A stretch of 64,000 nucleotides of DNA from the NCBI GenBank assembly GCA_964016885.1, contig OZ024744.1:45074001-45138000 (forward strand), given 5' to 3'. The stretch comes from Eledone cirrhosa. Taxonomy: Eukaryota. The translations under genes were made by a program, and so were the position numbers. Shown here piece by piece: positions 1 through 12,540 of the stretch. The notes beneath the pieces were generated by a model that saw only the letters and a program-made list of their open reading frames with translations, did not search any database and had not been told where the DNA came from. How positions within the stretch are numbered: position 1 is the stretch's first letter; the number at the start of each line of letters is the position of its first letter.

Positions 1-354
1 TATAGCTGATTTAGAGAACTCAACAATTCCTGAAGCAATTAAACAATGAAAATAAGCATTAAATCACTCTCTATCTAATTATGCATATACATACACATAT
101 AAATATATATATCTATACACACACAACCATACATACACACATATATACATACACATACATATACATATATATATATATTTACATATAGGAAAAAGTATGA
201 CCTCGACGGCAGAGATCAAGCCGTTTCTGAGGCTATTATATATACACACACAAACATAATATATAAAAATACATATACACACACATATCTACAAAAAGTT
301 ACGTCACCACCTTAATAAAAATACACACATATATATATACACACACACACACAC

Positions 355-389
<35 letters not shown>

Positions 390-718
390 TACAACAGATA
401 CATATAAAAATACAATTATATACAGACATACATATACATACAGATATATATAACTATATATACATATACGTATACATACATATATATATATATACATATA
501 TACACATATACACAACACACACAGAGAAATAAATATCTAAAAATACCCACCTTTTTAATTTTAGATATTTATTTCTGTGTTGTGTATATGTGTATATATG
601 TATATATATATATGTATGTATACGTATACGTATATATTGTTATATATATCTGTATGTATATGTATGTGTGTATATAATTGTATTTTTATATGTTTCTTCG
701 TTTTTAATTGTGTGCATG

Positions 719-777
<59 letters not shown>

Positions 778-1148
778 TTATATGTGAGTGTGTATTTTTA
801 TTAAGGTGGTGACGTAACTTTTTGTAGATATGTGTGTATATGTGTATTTTTATATATTATGTTTGTGTGTGTATATATAATAGCCTCAGAAACGGCTTGA
901 TCTCTGCGTCGGGGTCATACTTTTTCCTATATGTATATATATATATATATGTATATGTATGTATGTGTATGTATATATGTGTGTGTGTATGTATGGTTGT
1001 GTGTGTGCGTGTGTGTGTGTGTGTGTGTGTGAGTATATATATATATTTATATGTGTATGTATATGCATAATTACATAGAGAGTGATTTAATGCTTATTTT
1101 CATTGATTATTTGCTCCAGGAATTGTTGAGTTCTCTAAATCAGCTATA
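1..1148. repeat. Large imperfect inverted repeat (fold-back), arms ~1-542 and ~559-1148
   Basis: The window start TATAGCTGATTTAGAGAACTCAACAATTCC matches the reverse complement of GGAATTGTTGAGTTCTCTAAATCAGCTATA ending at 1148. The centre reads AAATATCTAAAA-spacer-TTTTAGATATTT. The left arm may extend beyond the window. Confidence 0.9.
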
Positions 1149-1965
1149 AACATTTATACCCTTATCTATTTATTTATTTATTATTTGCCGTATTCCCAAC
1201 TATTTGTTAACCCCTTTCACCTTTTTATTTTTATTTTTATATATATATATAATATTTATGTATTTTCTTGTATATATATATATATATATATCCAAAATTG
1301 ATCAACATATATATAAATAAATATAAACATGAATATATATATTATATTTATTTATATATATGTTGATCAATTTCTAGTTATTATTAAATGTTCGCACCTA
1401 CAAAGTCTTTGAGCTTACTTTCCGGGCGATATGGCGCACGCCGTTCAGGCATGACACCCAGAATTTCGATTTAGATTGAATTCATTTAATTTATCTTAAT
1501 TTTGGATATAGATATATAAATACGGTTCCTTAATTGTAGAGCTATCTCTGTTGAAGAGAATTGACTGCTATTTCTAGTTGTCGAATACCTATTCATGCCA
1601 CTGAGACGAAGCCGCTGTGATGTGTAAAAACAACACGTGGTAGCGGCCAGTAAACATTTTGACTCGAAGTGTAAACATGGATTGCTGTATATTGTTCTTC
1701 CTTGTTGATAATCCAATAATATCCACTTTCTGTGACTTACCATCTGATTAATTGGTGAAATATATTTCTTTAATGAAATATATTCAGGGAAGATTAATCA
1801 TTAAAAGCTATCTATTTTTGAAGTTCTAGTTAACTGTATTTATTTGTTACCTACTAGCTATGCGTGGTTACACGTTTGTAAAAATTATCACTTGTGATTA
1901 TTCATGTTTATATTTATTTATATATATGTTGATCAATTTCTAGTTATTAGTTATTAGTTATTAGT

Positions 1966-2290
<325 letters not shown>

Positions 2291-2395
2291 TTATTTATCC
2301 TTTCCTTCTTCCTTTTCTAGCCTCACTTAGTCTCATATAGATTATATTTTTGTTTTTAAAATCAACTGTCAATAAATACACCCGATTTTTTCTCT

Positions 2396-2442
2396 CTGAT
2401 GACTGAAAGCAAATTGTGTTTGCTTTCAAGAAACCACTAGTA
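2396..2442 (+). ncRNA. Hammerhead ribozyme-like motif (type I, stem I decayed)
   Basis: CTGATGA-c-TGAAAGCAAA/ttgtg/TTTGCTTTCA-a-GAAA-C-cacta-G-TA. Core boxes and a 10-bp stem II are present; stem I pairing is poor. Confidence 0.55.
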
Positions 2443-2576
2443 AATATAATAATTATCTTATGTTCTTTATTACATAACTAATAAGCTCTGTAACCTACTT
2501 AGAGCACTCTTTTTTCCAGGACATTTCCCACAGAATTACTTCACAAAGATATATATATATATATATACATAAGAAT

Positions 2577-2760
2577 AAGTATGACCCCGACGGCAGAGCT
2601 CAAGTCGTTTCGATGGCTATTTCAGAAATAACCGTCGAAACGGCTTGAGCTCTGCCGTCGGGGTCATACTTGTTCCTATTACCCACTCTACTACCCTAAG
2701 TATTGAGTACTTTGGTGCGTTATGGTGCATCTGGTTCCTCACCACAATTCCTTCGTTATA
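2577..2760. repeat. Short dispersed repeat with a ~95-bp palindrome (2577-2671) built from the 3' half of a hammerhead
   Basis: AAGTATGACCCCGACGGCAGAGCTCAAG...CTTGAGCTCTGCCGTCGGGGTCATACTT; a second, inverted copy lies at 62952-63141. Confidence 0.8.
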
Positions 2761-3111
2761 TATATATATATATACTTTTACTGTATTCTAACTTTTCCAT
2801 TTTTCATTTATATTTTTATTCTTTATTTTTATTTTTATATATATATTAACGGAAAAAATGAAACGAAATTTCATTTCCCACTCTTAGTACGGCTCTTACT
2901 TAAATATAAGTATGTACACGTACATACATATATGTATACATACGTACAGTAGTATGTATATATATATACATATATGCACATATATATATATGTACGTATG
3001 GATTCACCGAACATTTATTATAATGCTCGGTGTGTTTGTAAACAAACATCCCGTATTAAGCCGTAGTGTCTAGCAACCATCGTTGCTCGTTTGTTCAACA
3101 CTGACAAAGAA

Positions 3112-3154
3112 ACGCTGTACTAGTTTCAAGCTTATTAGCTATCGTCATCAACGT
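3112..3154 (-). ncRNA. Type I minimal hammerhead, unit A1 (core mutated: ATGACGA)
   Basis: Minus strand: ACGTTG-ATGACGA-tAGCTaataAGCTt-GAAA-CTAG-TA-CAGCGT. Confidence 0.7.
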
Positions 3155-3537
3155 ATCCCTTCCTGCCAGATTGTTGAACGTAAATACTTACCTTATGCAT
3201 ATCAACAGCTGAGTAGCCCAATTTGCATATCGAGTGGGTTAATCGGCCGGGTGCACCGAAAACGATAAACGGAAAAACTGAAACGAAATTTCATTTCCCA
3301 CTCTTAGTTCGGCTGTTGCTTAAATATAAGTATGTACACGTACATACATATATGTATACATACGTACAGTAGTATGTATATATATATATATACATATATG
3401 CACATATATATATATATGTACGTATGGATTCACCGAACATTTATTATAATGCTCGGTGTGTTTGTAAATAAACATCCCGTATTAAGCCGTAGTGTCTAGC
3501 AACCATCGTTGCTCGTTTGTTCAACACTGACAAAGGA

Positions 3538-3580
3538 ACGCTGTAATAGTTTGAAGCTTATTAGCTATCGTCAGCAACGT
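3538..3580 (-). ncRNA. Type I minimal hammerhead, unit A2 (GAAA mutated to CAAA)
   Basis: Minus strand: ACGTTG-CTGACGA-tAGCTaataAGCTt-CAAA-CTAT-TA-CAGCGT. Confidence 0.7.
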
Positions 3581-3953
3581 ATATCTTCCTGCCAGATTGT
3601 TGAACGTATATACTTACCTTATGCATAGTAACGGCTGAGTAGCCCGATTTGCATATCGAGTGGGTTAATCGGCCGGGTGCACCGAAAAGGGTAAACGGAA
3701 AAACTGAAACGAAATTTCATTTCCCACTGTTATGCGGCTGTTACTTAAATATAAATATGTACACGTACATACATATATGTAAACAGACGTACAGTAGGAA
3801 GTATATATATATATACATACTACGTTTAAATTTTTCCGTTTATCGTTTTCGGTGCACCCGGCCGATTAACCCACTCGATATGCAAATTGGGCTACTCAGC
3901 CGTTAATATGCATAAGGTAAGTATATACGTTCTACAATCTGGCAGGAAGGTAT

Positions 3954-3996
3954 ACGTTGCTGACGATAGCTAATAAGCTTCAAAGTAGTACAGCGT
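3954..3996 (+). ncRNA. Type I minimal hammerhead, inverted unit of array A (GAAA mutated to CAAA)
   Basis: ACGTTG-CTGACGA-tAGCTaataAGCTt-CAAA-GTAG-TA-CAGCGT. Confidence 0.7.
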
Positions 3997-4204
3997 TCCT
4001 TTGTCAGTGTTGAACAAACTAGCAACGATGGTTGCTGGACACTACGGCTTAATACAGGATGTTTGTTTACAAACACACCGAGCATTATAATAAATGTTCG
4101 GTGAATCCATACGTACATATATATATGTGTGCATGTATGTATATATATATACATACTACTGTACGTCTGTATACATATATGTATGTACGTGTACATACTT
4201 ATAT

Positions 4205-6627
4205 ATATATGTATTATTATATATGTATTATTATATATGTATTATTATATATGTATCCATACCTTTGACATTGTGTCTCACTATATCAAACACCCCTTAC
4301 CCCTTGCTCATCTTTCAAATGTTCATGTATGTATGTGTGTATATGTATATTTGTGTACGTCGCCATATATGTATGTCTGTATTTGTGTATATGTATATTT
4401 GTGTACGTCGCCATATATGTATGTATATGTGTATATGTATATTTGTGTATGTCACCATATATGTATGTATGTATTTGTGTATATGTATATTTGTGTACGT
4501 CGCTATATATGCATATATGTATTTCTGTATATGTATATTTGTGTACGTCGCCATATATGCATGTATGTATTTGTGTATATGTATATTTGTGTACGTCTCC
4601 ATATATGTATGTATGTGTGTACTGTGTGTGTTTAGCCCTAACTTTTTATGCTTTTCTCTGAGTGTGTTTTTTGTGTTTTAGTCTTTTTGTTTCTTCGCCT
4701 TTTGTTTATGTTTTTTGTCTTTACGTCCGTAAGTGTGCATGCTTGTTTTTATTTCATTTTTATTAATATATTTTTTTACATAAGTTTATTTATTTTTATT
4801 TTTAAGTTAATTTTTATTTTTATCTTTAATATTTATTATATTATTTTACCATTTCATTTTTATATTTTAATGTATGTATATATTCTTATTTATATGTGCG
4901 TATATAGTCGTCTATCAACTACTAAATACCTATTTTACTTCTACCTTCATTTATGTATACGTGTTTTCATTTGCGTACATACACATATTCTTTACTATAC
5001 ACATGCAATTGTATATGTAGATTTATCTATGCATGTATGTATATATAAAATATTGCCATATTTACAAAAATATTTTTCTAATATCGTGTTTAATATTTTA
5101 TCTTGTCGTCTGCTTCTCTGGTTACTTACTGTCTCACTCTCTCTTTCTTTCCCCTCTCACACAGCTTCTTCTTTCTCTCTCTTTTTGCCAGTCCCTTCTC
5201 TCACATAGCCTTCTCTCTCTTCGCCTTTTTTATTTGTCTCTTTCTTTCTGTCCCTGTTTCTCTCCTATAGACATTCTCTCTCTGGCACTACCATGCTATT
5301 AGCTGTCAGAAGTGAAAGTTTCGTCAACCTTCTCAATCGTAAACATCGTTTATTTCCGTATTACCACGCGTTATTTTAATAAAGCATATCGATGTAAGTG
5401 GAGTTACTTAAATGAACATATAGGTGGCCCTTAAAAGGGCCAAATTAGAAAACAAATTTAAGTAATTAGAAAACAAGTCATGGTTATCAAATAAATTGGA
5501 TTTAATCATTTATATTTTCATAGTCATGGTTATCAATGTAGAAAACAAGTCATTTTCACCAACAGTGGAGTTAACTTAAATGAAAATATATGTGGCCCTT
5601 AAAAGGACCAACTTTTTTTAACCAACCCTATACATTTATGAAGAAATATTTAGAAAACTAATTTTTTTCACCAACCTTATTCAAAAGCATGGATACAGTC
5701 CACATGGAGACAAGAGACAGTCCCCATGGAGACAATCCCCATGGAGATTGGTGGTATCTGCTGTAGTAGCGGTAGCGATGGAAAGATCGCGATGGTTAAT
5801 TCCATTAACACTTGGGTATATTGTAGAATTCATATTTTTCAACTTGCAAATGCGTGTATTATCACAAAGTAAAGCTTAAAGTTTCTTTATTTACACGTGG
5901 TGTTGGTGATGACTGTTGCTGATTGGTGGGGATTGTCTCCATGGGGACTGTCTCTTGTCTCCATGTGGACTGTATCCATGCTTTTGAATAAGGTTGGTGA
6001 AAAAAATTTGTTTTCTAAACATTTCTTCATAAATTTAGCCTTTTAAGGGCCACCTATATTTTCATTTAAGTTAACTCCACTGTTGGTGAAAATGACTTGT
6101 TTTCTACATTGATAACCATGACTATGAAAATATAGTTCATGGTATTAGCTGTCAGAAGTAACTCCACTGTTGGTGAAAATGACTTGATTTCTACATGACT
6201 ATGAAAATATAAATGATTAAATCCAATTTATTTTTTAACCATGATTTGTTTTCTAATTAACTTAAAAATTTGTTTTCTAATTTCTTCGCCTACTTTCACT
6301 TCTGACAGCTAATAGCATGGTAGTGCCTTCTCTCTTTCTTTTTCTGCCCCTCTCTCTCTTCTACTCTGCACTTTCTACTTCCTTCTCTTTCTCAACCGCG
6401 TTCCTGCTTACGGCAGTTCTAATGGAGATTTTGTTAACGCAAAGTCACACAAGGATTAGAAAAATGGCGATTATCACTTTGAAAGTAAAAATTATGCAAT
6501 AAATAGTTGTTATTGACACGTCTCGCATCCTCCTTTCGCAATGTGTAAAGTTTTAGCGAGATCGGGTGAACAATACGCAAGTTATAATACTTTACACACA
6601 CAAACAGAACGGGACTTATATAGTAGA
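4205..6627 (-). mobile_element. Helitron family A, 5' non-coding region (copy 1)
   Basis: Minus strand starts TCTACTATATAAGTCCCGTTCTG (5'-TC Helitron end). Colinear with 16079-17277 and 20590-22251, including the ~38-bp internal repeats (GTATATTTGTGTACGTCGCCATATAT...). A further piece lies at 2773-2845, beyond array A. Confidence 0.8.
5284..6327. mobile_element. Non-autonomous fold-back DNA transposon (MITE) inserted in a Helitron
   Basis: 36-bp TIRs GGCACTACCATGCTATTAGCTGTCAGAAGTGAAAGT; ~8-10-bp TSD-like TTCTCTCT; long internal inverted repeats (~5520-5740 / ~5925-6125); absent from the other Helitron copies. Confidence 0.85.
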
Positions 6628-7698
6628 CGAGTCCTGCCATTCAAGAACAATATCACGGTTTGAAGCACTCTCATTAGGACTTCTTATAAGCACCGCAACT
6701 TCATAGGTTTGAGGTCTGTTAAAGCAACCCTGATGCTGCCCTGGTGGAGCGTAGTCACCTCGAATGATTGGTGTTAGCATCTCTACGCTGAAAAGCAGTT
6801 TTGAAAATGGTGATGTAGAGGTTTATGGTATGAAGCATATATTGAAGGGACTGCAGAGGAAAAGGTATTGTTGCTTTAACAACTGAAGCTCTTCGTGCAG
6901 TTTCTTCAGGTCCGTTCCCCATAAAGTAAATCTGGAGAAAACTGTGTTCATCGCCATCTTGTGGAATAATGGAGCAAATTTGATGGTAAATTTGGCCTTG
7001 CACTTTGAATGTGGGCATATAATTTCCATGTTTTATTGGTGTATGACCAAAGCTTGTCATTTGGAAAGCCGAATTGTAGGCTCTTATATTTCTAAGAAAG
7101 TGTTTAGAATCAGGGTGTCTCCAAGCAGCAGAGAATTCAAAGGTTCGGCACCGACTTGTAAATGAGGCAATCTAACCGTTCCATTTGAGCAGCATATACC
7201 GGTAGATTCTGCTGGCCACCTCATTGCGTTACAATGGACGCAAACAGTTGACATACTATTAATGATGATATGTGGGTGGGATGCGTAGTCCTCTTCAAGG
7301 TTGTAATGAAAAGCCTTCTTAGACCAGTAACAGGAAGTAACCCTCGGAAAGACATGAGAACGCATTTTCCGTTGAGAATCAGCCGCAAGCCTTGTTGCCC
7401 TTTGGTCAACAGTCTCTAAAGCACGGCTATTTGAAGTAGAAGCAGCATCGCAAGCAAGCCGGAGTTCTGCTTGTTCAGCAGTCTGTAATGCTCTGGCCTT
7501 CGAAGTAGAAGTAGCATTGCGAGCAAGCCGGAGTTCTGCTTGTTCAGTTGTCTGTAATGCTCTGGCGATCGAAGTAGAAGCAGCATTGCGAGCACGCCGT
7601 AGCATACATTGTTCTTCTGTCTCGCTTGCGCGCAAAGAACGCAAAGCAAAAGCATTTCTTGTTTTTCTTCCAATGTGACTCTTGATTTTTCGAGGCAT
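6628..7698 (-). pseudogene. Helitron Rep-helicase N-terminal region (22-aa repeats, Zn motif), frameshifted and truncated
   Basis: MPRKIKSHIGRKTRNA..., repeats RLARNATSTSKARALQTAEQAE, CVHCNAMRWPAESTGICCSNG, MTSFG...FKVQGQIYH, RDIVL. A TTTCAG acceptor-like site lies ~30 bp upstream of the ATG. Confidence 0.9.
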
Positions 7699-8815
7699 TC
7701 TATGGAAAATCGGTAATTGAATAAATCTGAAACAAATCAAATCAAATAAATTTATCTCGTTGCTGTTTATGGGAGTTCTAATATTTGCAGGTATATATAA
7801 ATATACCTGTAAACATATGCATGTATTTATCTATGCATGTATGTATATATGAAATATATACATATATAAATATACCTGAAATATATGTATGCATTTATCT
7901 ATGCATGCATAGATAAAATATTGTCATATTTACAAAAATATTTTTCTAATATCGTGTTTAACATTTCATATTGTTGTCTGCTTCTCTTCCATTTCATCAC
8001 AACATGTGGTTACTTACTGTCTCACTCTCTCTTTCTTTCCCCTTTCACACAGCCTCTTCTTTCTCTCATTTTTTGCCAGTCCCTTCTCTCACACAGCCTT
8101 CTCTCTCTCTTCCTCTTTTTTCTTTGTCTCTTTCTTTCTGTCGCTGTTTCCCTCCTATAGACATTCCCTCTCATTTCTTTTCTGTCCCTCTCTCTCTTCT
8201 ATTCTGCACTTTCTACTTCCTTCTCAAATCATTAACTCTCAACCAGAGACTGACATACTACAGAACCTACTTCAAATGTTCAAAGAAAATATCATTACAA
8301 ACTGACTGATCACCGAGAAGAAATTGTGAAACGCAATGCTGTAAATGTTATGTATATGTCGTTAAGTAATTGTCACAACTATATTCCGTGACATCGGCAA
8401 TCAAATTACTGAGTACAATACTTGTCTACCTTGTAGGTTCTAGAAGAATTACAGTTCATCAGTGCTAATTAATAAAAGAGTCTTGTAATACACAATATGC
8501 AGCGTCATCTAAAGTGGTTATGTTTCTTTCATAAAAACATCTCGCATCCTCCTTTAGCAATGTGTACAATTTTAAGAGATGGGTGAATAATACGCAAGTT
8601 ATAATACTTTACACACAGACAGAACGGGAGTCGATCTCATCGAAAATCTGTATTTGAATAAATCTGAAACAAAATCAAATCAAAGAAATTTACCTGGTTG
8701 CTGTTTATAGGATTTCTAATGAAGATTTTGAATGCAAAGTCCCATAAGGATTAGAAAAATGGCGATATATATATATATATAAATATACCTGTAAACATAT
8801 GTATGTATTTATCTA
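7699..8815 (-). mobile_element. Rearranged Helitron family A 5' non-coding fragments
   Basis: 7900-8225 and 8535-8770 match parts of 5030-5280 and 6400-6615. Confidence 0.65.
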
Positions 8816-8829
8816 TGCATGTATGTGTA

Positions 8830-8869
<40 letters not shown>

Positions 8870-8892
8870 ATGTATAATAAACAATACAATAT

Positions 8893-8970
8893 AATTACCT
8901 CATTACCAGAGGTTTCCCGAATAAGACAAATACAAGAAACCTCCGCATTCGTTCATCAGACAAGGCAATT
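8893..8970 (-). ncRNA. Type I hammerhead ribozyme (intact core, long stem II)
   Basis: Minus strand: AATTGCCTTGT-CTGATGA-aCGAAT...ATTCGg-GAAA-CC-tct-GG-TA-ATGAGGTAATT. 11-bp stem I with G-U pairs; GUA cleavage triplet. Confidence 0.8.
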
Positions 8971-9533
8971 TGAAACAGTGAAATATTTGAAAAATCTCCT
9001 CAAGAAAGGCAAGAGTTTAACGGGCAAAAAAAGTAATAATACAAGAGATGTATAAAAATAAGATAAAAAAATATAGTAAGTGGATGTGTATAAATGTGTG
9101 TATATGCACCTACAAATGTACGTATGTGTGTATAGTGAAAAATGTGTGCGTAAGTACATACATGAAGGCAAACATCATAGTGTATGTGTGACCACAAATA
9201 CGTATATATATATATGTTGAAAAAGGAATTGTAAGATAATAGAGTTAGCGTACATACACACTCAGGGACTAAGAATTGAAATATATACACATACACGGAT
9301 GAAAGGACGCACACGTATAAACATACACACACGCGCAACCACATACATGTATGTGATATATACAGAGAATGGAGTGTATCAGTGAAAGCAGTGTCAGACT
9401 TAAGGTCGATACAGATATAAAAATATGAAATATGAAAAATTAATGAAATAATACATAAGATAAGAACAAAAATTAAGGCAAAGAGAAAGTAAGAGAGAGG
9501 GGTTATCAATTATAAAGTAACACTAGAAAAAAT

Positions 9534-9717
9534 AATTGTTTCTACTTTTTGGCACAAGGCCAGCAAATACCCAGTGTATTACTGGTACTTTATTTTATCG
9601 ACCCCATAAGGATGAAAGGCAAAGTTAACCTCGGAGGGATTTGAACTCAGAATGGCAAGGGCCGTAACTTTATGCGTCAAAGCATGGCGCCAGACCCTCT
9701 ACCGATACTGCCAATCC
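9534..9717 (-). mobile_element. tRNA-derived SINE (octopod-type)
   Basis: A box TGGCAGTATCGG, B box GAGTTCAAATCC, core TTTGCCTTTCATCCTTATGGGGTCGATAAAATAAAGTACCAG; TSD CACTAGAAA.AAATAA; empty site in the paralog near 56556. Confidence 0.9.
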
Positions 9718-10519
9718 ACTAGAAACAAATAATAAATAAAAAGTAGAAAGCATGCAGATATACGAACAAGCTCGTACGCACATATATATATATATATATA
9801 TATATATACGTACAGACAAAAACACATGCACAAAAGGATACATACACATACATGCATACTTACATACACATACATGCATACTTACATACAAAAACACGCA
9901 TACATACACACGATACACATATACATACATGTACATCTAATCACACGAACGCACGCGACCATCTATACACACACACACACATATATATATATACACATAT
10001 ATATAAGTATGTAAAAAACATATACGTAAAAGCACACATACACACACATATATACACAAACACGCACACATACGAATGCATTCGTATACATATACAAACA
10101 CGTATATACATATATGCACACACACAAGCATACATACATATATAAAAACCAGCCGTATGAATACATGGGTACAAGGTATACGCAAGTAAACATATATAAA
10201 AGCGGCTGAGGGACAACAGAAAATATCTGGAGTTAAAAACACAAGTGACATGTGATATCAGGTAGTGAAAGAAAAGGGGGAAGTAAAACATGTAAAATTA
10301 TTAAGATATAAAGTAAGTGAATCAAAAAGCAGGGGGAGGGGCGTCACTAGTGGATGTGAAGTAAAAATAAAAATAAAAATAAAAATAAAAATAAAAATAA
10401 AAATAAAAATAAAAATAAATCTGAAAGAGAAGTCTGTAAAGAAGGTAAGTTGAGGAAAGTGAAGAACAAGAGTTTGTGGAGGATAAGTGTCTGAAAGTGA
10501 GTTAAGTTTATATGAGCTG

Positions 10520-10851
10520 GAAACCAAGTGTGATTTCATATGTGGGCAACTGGGGAAAATTTCTGTTTTTGTATTTAGGCAGGTTTTGGTGATTTAAGGT
10601 TCTGTAAAATCCAATATTTTTCACTTATGCACAGTGTGCATATTCTTGTTCCTCTTGCATATTCTTTAGATTGGTTCAAAATTGACCAATCTAATTTATA
10701 TTGGATACCTTGGTCTTTCAAATCCCATATTCTGCTAGCCAGAGCTGTTGTAAATATTTTTTCAGGATGTCGGAAAGATGCGACATGTGAGTAATAACGC
10801 GTTTTGAATTTGTCTTGTGTCATACCCACATATCGTTCGCTGGTGGTTGTC

Positions 10852-10853
<2 letters not shown>
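10520..10853 (-). pseudogene. Penelope-like element GIY-YIG endonuclease fragment
   Basis: YVGMTQDKFKTRYYSHVASFRH...YKLDWSIL...CTLCISEKYWIL. Confidence 0.85.
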
Positions 10854-10930
<77 letters not shown>

Positions 10931-11425
10931 ACCTTAGGAACTTACCCACGGACATACACTAAAAAAAATGTTTTCGAACCACGCCACCTACATCCACAAA
11001 ACGTATAAACACCACACACACGTGCGTACCCCCACATATATACATACTCAGCCTCCGGATTCCTCTCCCTCACCCCCTCTGACCACTCCCCTGCACACGC
11101 ACACACACCGACCTACACCCCACCCCACACACACACCCTTTCCTGAACATGGAACCTCGTTCTTCCCCCAACTCTCACATTCACCCCTCCCCCACACACA
11201 CGTACACCTACACACATACACCCCCTTCAGCCCTCCCCGCTCGGACACCCCGCCTCCCTCTCCCCACTCCACCCGCCCCACACCCTTCTACCACTTGTTT
11301 ATCTTCATGTTTATTTCTATTTCTATTTTTTTTGTATCCGTTCCACCGTCCTCCCTTTTTTTTCTAAATGTCTCTCCTCCACTCCCCTACACACCCTCGG
11401 AACTCTCTTCCCACGCACCTTTCGC

Positions 11426-11453
11426 CTGAAGAAGGGATTATGCCCGAAACGTC
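11426..11453 (+). ncRNA. Minimal hammerhead core (stem I weak)
   Basis: CTGAAGA-aGGGattatgCCC-GAAA-CG-TC with palindromic ACGT stem III. Confidence 0.55.
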
Positions 11454-11541
11454 GTTCCCCACCCCCACCCCCACTCTCAAGAGCGTGAAACTAATAAACC
11501 TTTGTTCGTACTGCCTCTCTGTTTTGTTCCCGTTCCATTTT

Positions 11542-11624
<83 letters not shown>

Positions 11625-12078
11625 GAATAATCGAGTATCGAAAAATTGGCGCACGAGTTCACGATAAACAAAATTCGATATGAGCGGCAGAGGGCTCAAT
11701 AATTTAGATAAATCAAAGCTATAACTATCGTTAAAATACCGTCACACATAGAACAAGTCTATAATCAACCATACAACCGAAAAATTGCGATCTGGAAGAT
11801 TCGGGACACTCAGATAAAAAATCAATAAATCAATAAATCAAATGAATGTAAAAAGCATACCCGGACCCGCTAGAAAGATGGTAAATCTCTCTCTCTCTAT
11901 ATATATATATCGCGTGCGTGCGTGTGATTAGATGTACATGTATGTATGTATATGTGTATCGTGTGTATGTATGCGTGTTTTTGTATGTATGTACGCATGT
12001 ATGTGTATGTATCCTTTTGTGCGTGTGTTTTTGTCTGAGCGTATATATATATTTATATATAGTTTTAATATAGATGAG

Positions 12079-12125
12079 ATTCTACAGGACTAGAACTGTT
12101 TCAATCTTTAGAAATCATCAGGAAT
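12079..12125 (-). ncRNA. Type I hammerhead motif
   Basis: Minus strand: ATTC-CTGATGA-tttctaaagatt-GAAA-CAG-ttctagtc-CTG-TA-GAAT. Stems I and III pair; stem II is weak. Confidence 0.6.
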
Positions 12126-12204
12126 ATGGCTGTCCAAATAAATGTTGTGGTATTTATATCTTTTCAGGTGGTAGGAGAGGGTGGGGAGTGGGATGGGTGG
12201 AGGT

Positions 12205-12540
12205 CATTGGTTGAAAGAAAGGGGAATTCATTAAAAGCTAATTCTTTAAGGCTATAAATTATATTTAGAGTGACAAAGGCAGAAAGAATTCTATAAACAA
12301 GTTCAAATTCAAGTGCCACTCCTTATTTTTAAGTTTCTCTTAAGCTAACAATGCCTATATTTCAGATGTCTATAAGTTGGTTGGGGGTCGGTCATGGATG
12401 ATGGATTTAAAGAAAGGGGAAATTCTTTAAAAGCTAATTCTTTAAAGCTCTACTTAGAGTGACAAAGGCGAAGAGAATTATATAAACCAGTTCAAATGTT
12501 GGGTGCCTATCATTATTGTCATGTTTCTCTTAGGCTATAT
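12205..12540. repeat. Two-copy ~195-bp tandem duplication, possibly a PLE 3' end
   Basis: AAAGAAAGGGGAA..T..AAAAGCTAATTCTTTAA...TTAGAGTGACAAAGGC is repeated at ~12214 and ~12408. Confidence 0.6.

Larger units (their letters stand above)
2848..4204. repeat. HHR-containing tandem repeat, array A: units at 2848, 3268 and 3694 (partial), plus an inverted unit at 3831-4204
   Basis: AACGGAAAAA.TGAAACGAAATTTCATTTCCCAC recurs at 420 and 426 bp spacing; 3831-4204 is the reverse complement of a unit. Confidence 0.92.
8865..9960 (-). mobile_element. Penelope-associated terminal-repeat (pLTR-like) family with HHR
   Basis: Colinear with 55890-56695 and, inverted, with 61660-61822; lies downstream of the GIY-YIG fragment at 10520-10853. 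Confidence 0.65.

Noticed and set aside
1395-1455. Hammerhead-like CTGAACG...GAAAGT..ACTT on the minus strand
   Set aside because: CUGANGA box not satisfied and no stem I
3184-3193. ATACTTACCT resembling the U1 snRNA 5' end
   Set aside because: No downstream U1 sequence; equivalent to a 5' splice-site motif on the other strand
4340-4615. CRISPR-like regular repeats (GTGTACGTCGCCATAT), also at 16.3 and 20.9 kb
   Set aside because: Spacers are not unique; this is a Helitron-internal minisatellite with no cas genes in a eukaryotic context
9640-9717. Possible tRNA gene (A and B boxes)
   Set aside because: SINE head fused to a repeated core and tail; no complete cloverleaf
11630-11880. Possible R4/Dong LINE fragment (SGRGLNNL)
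   Set aside because: A single short motif with surrounding stops; insufficient support
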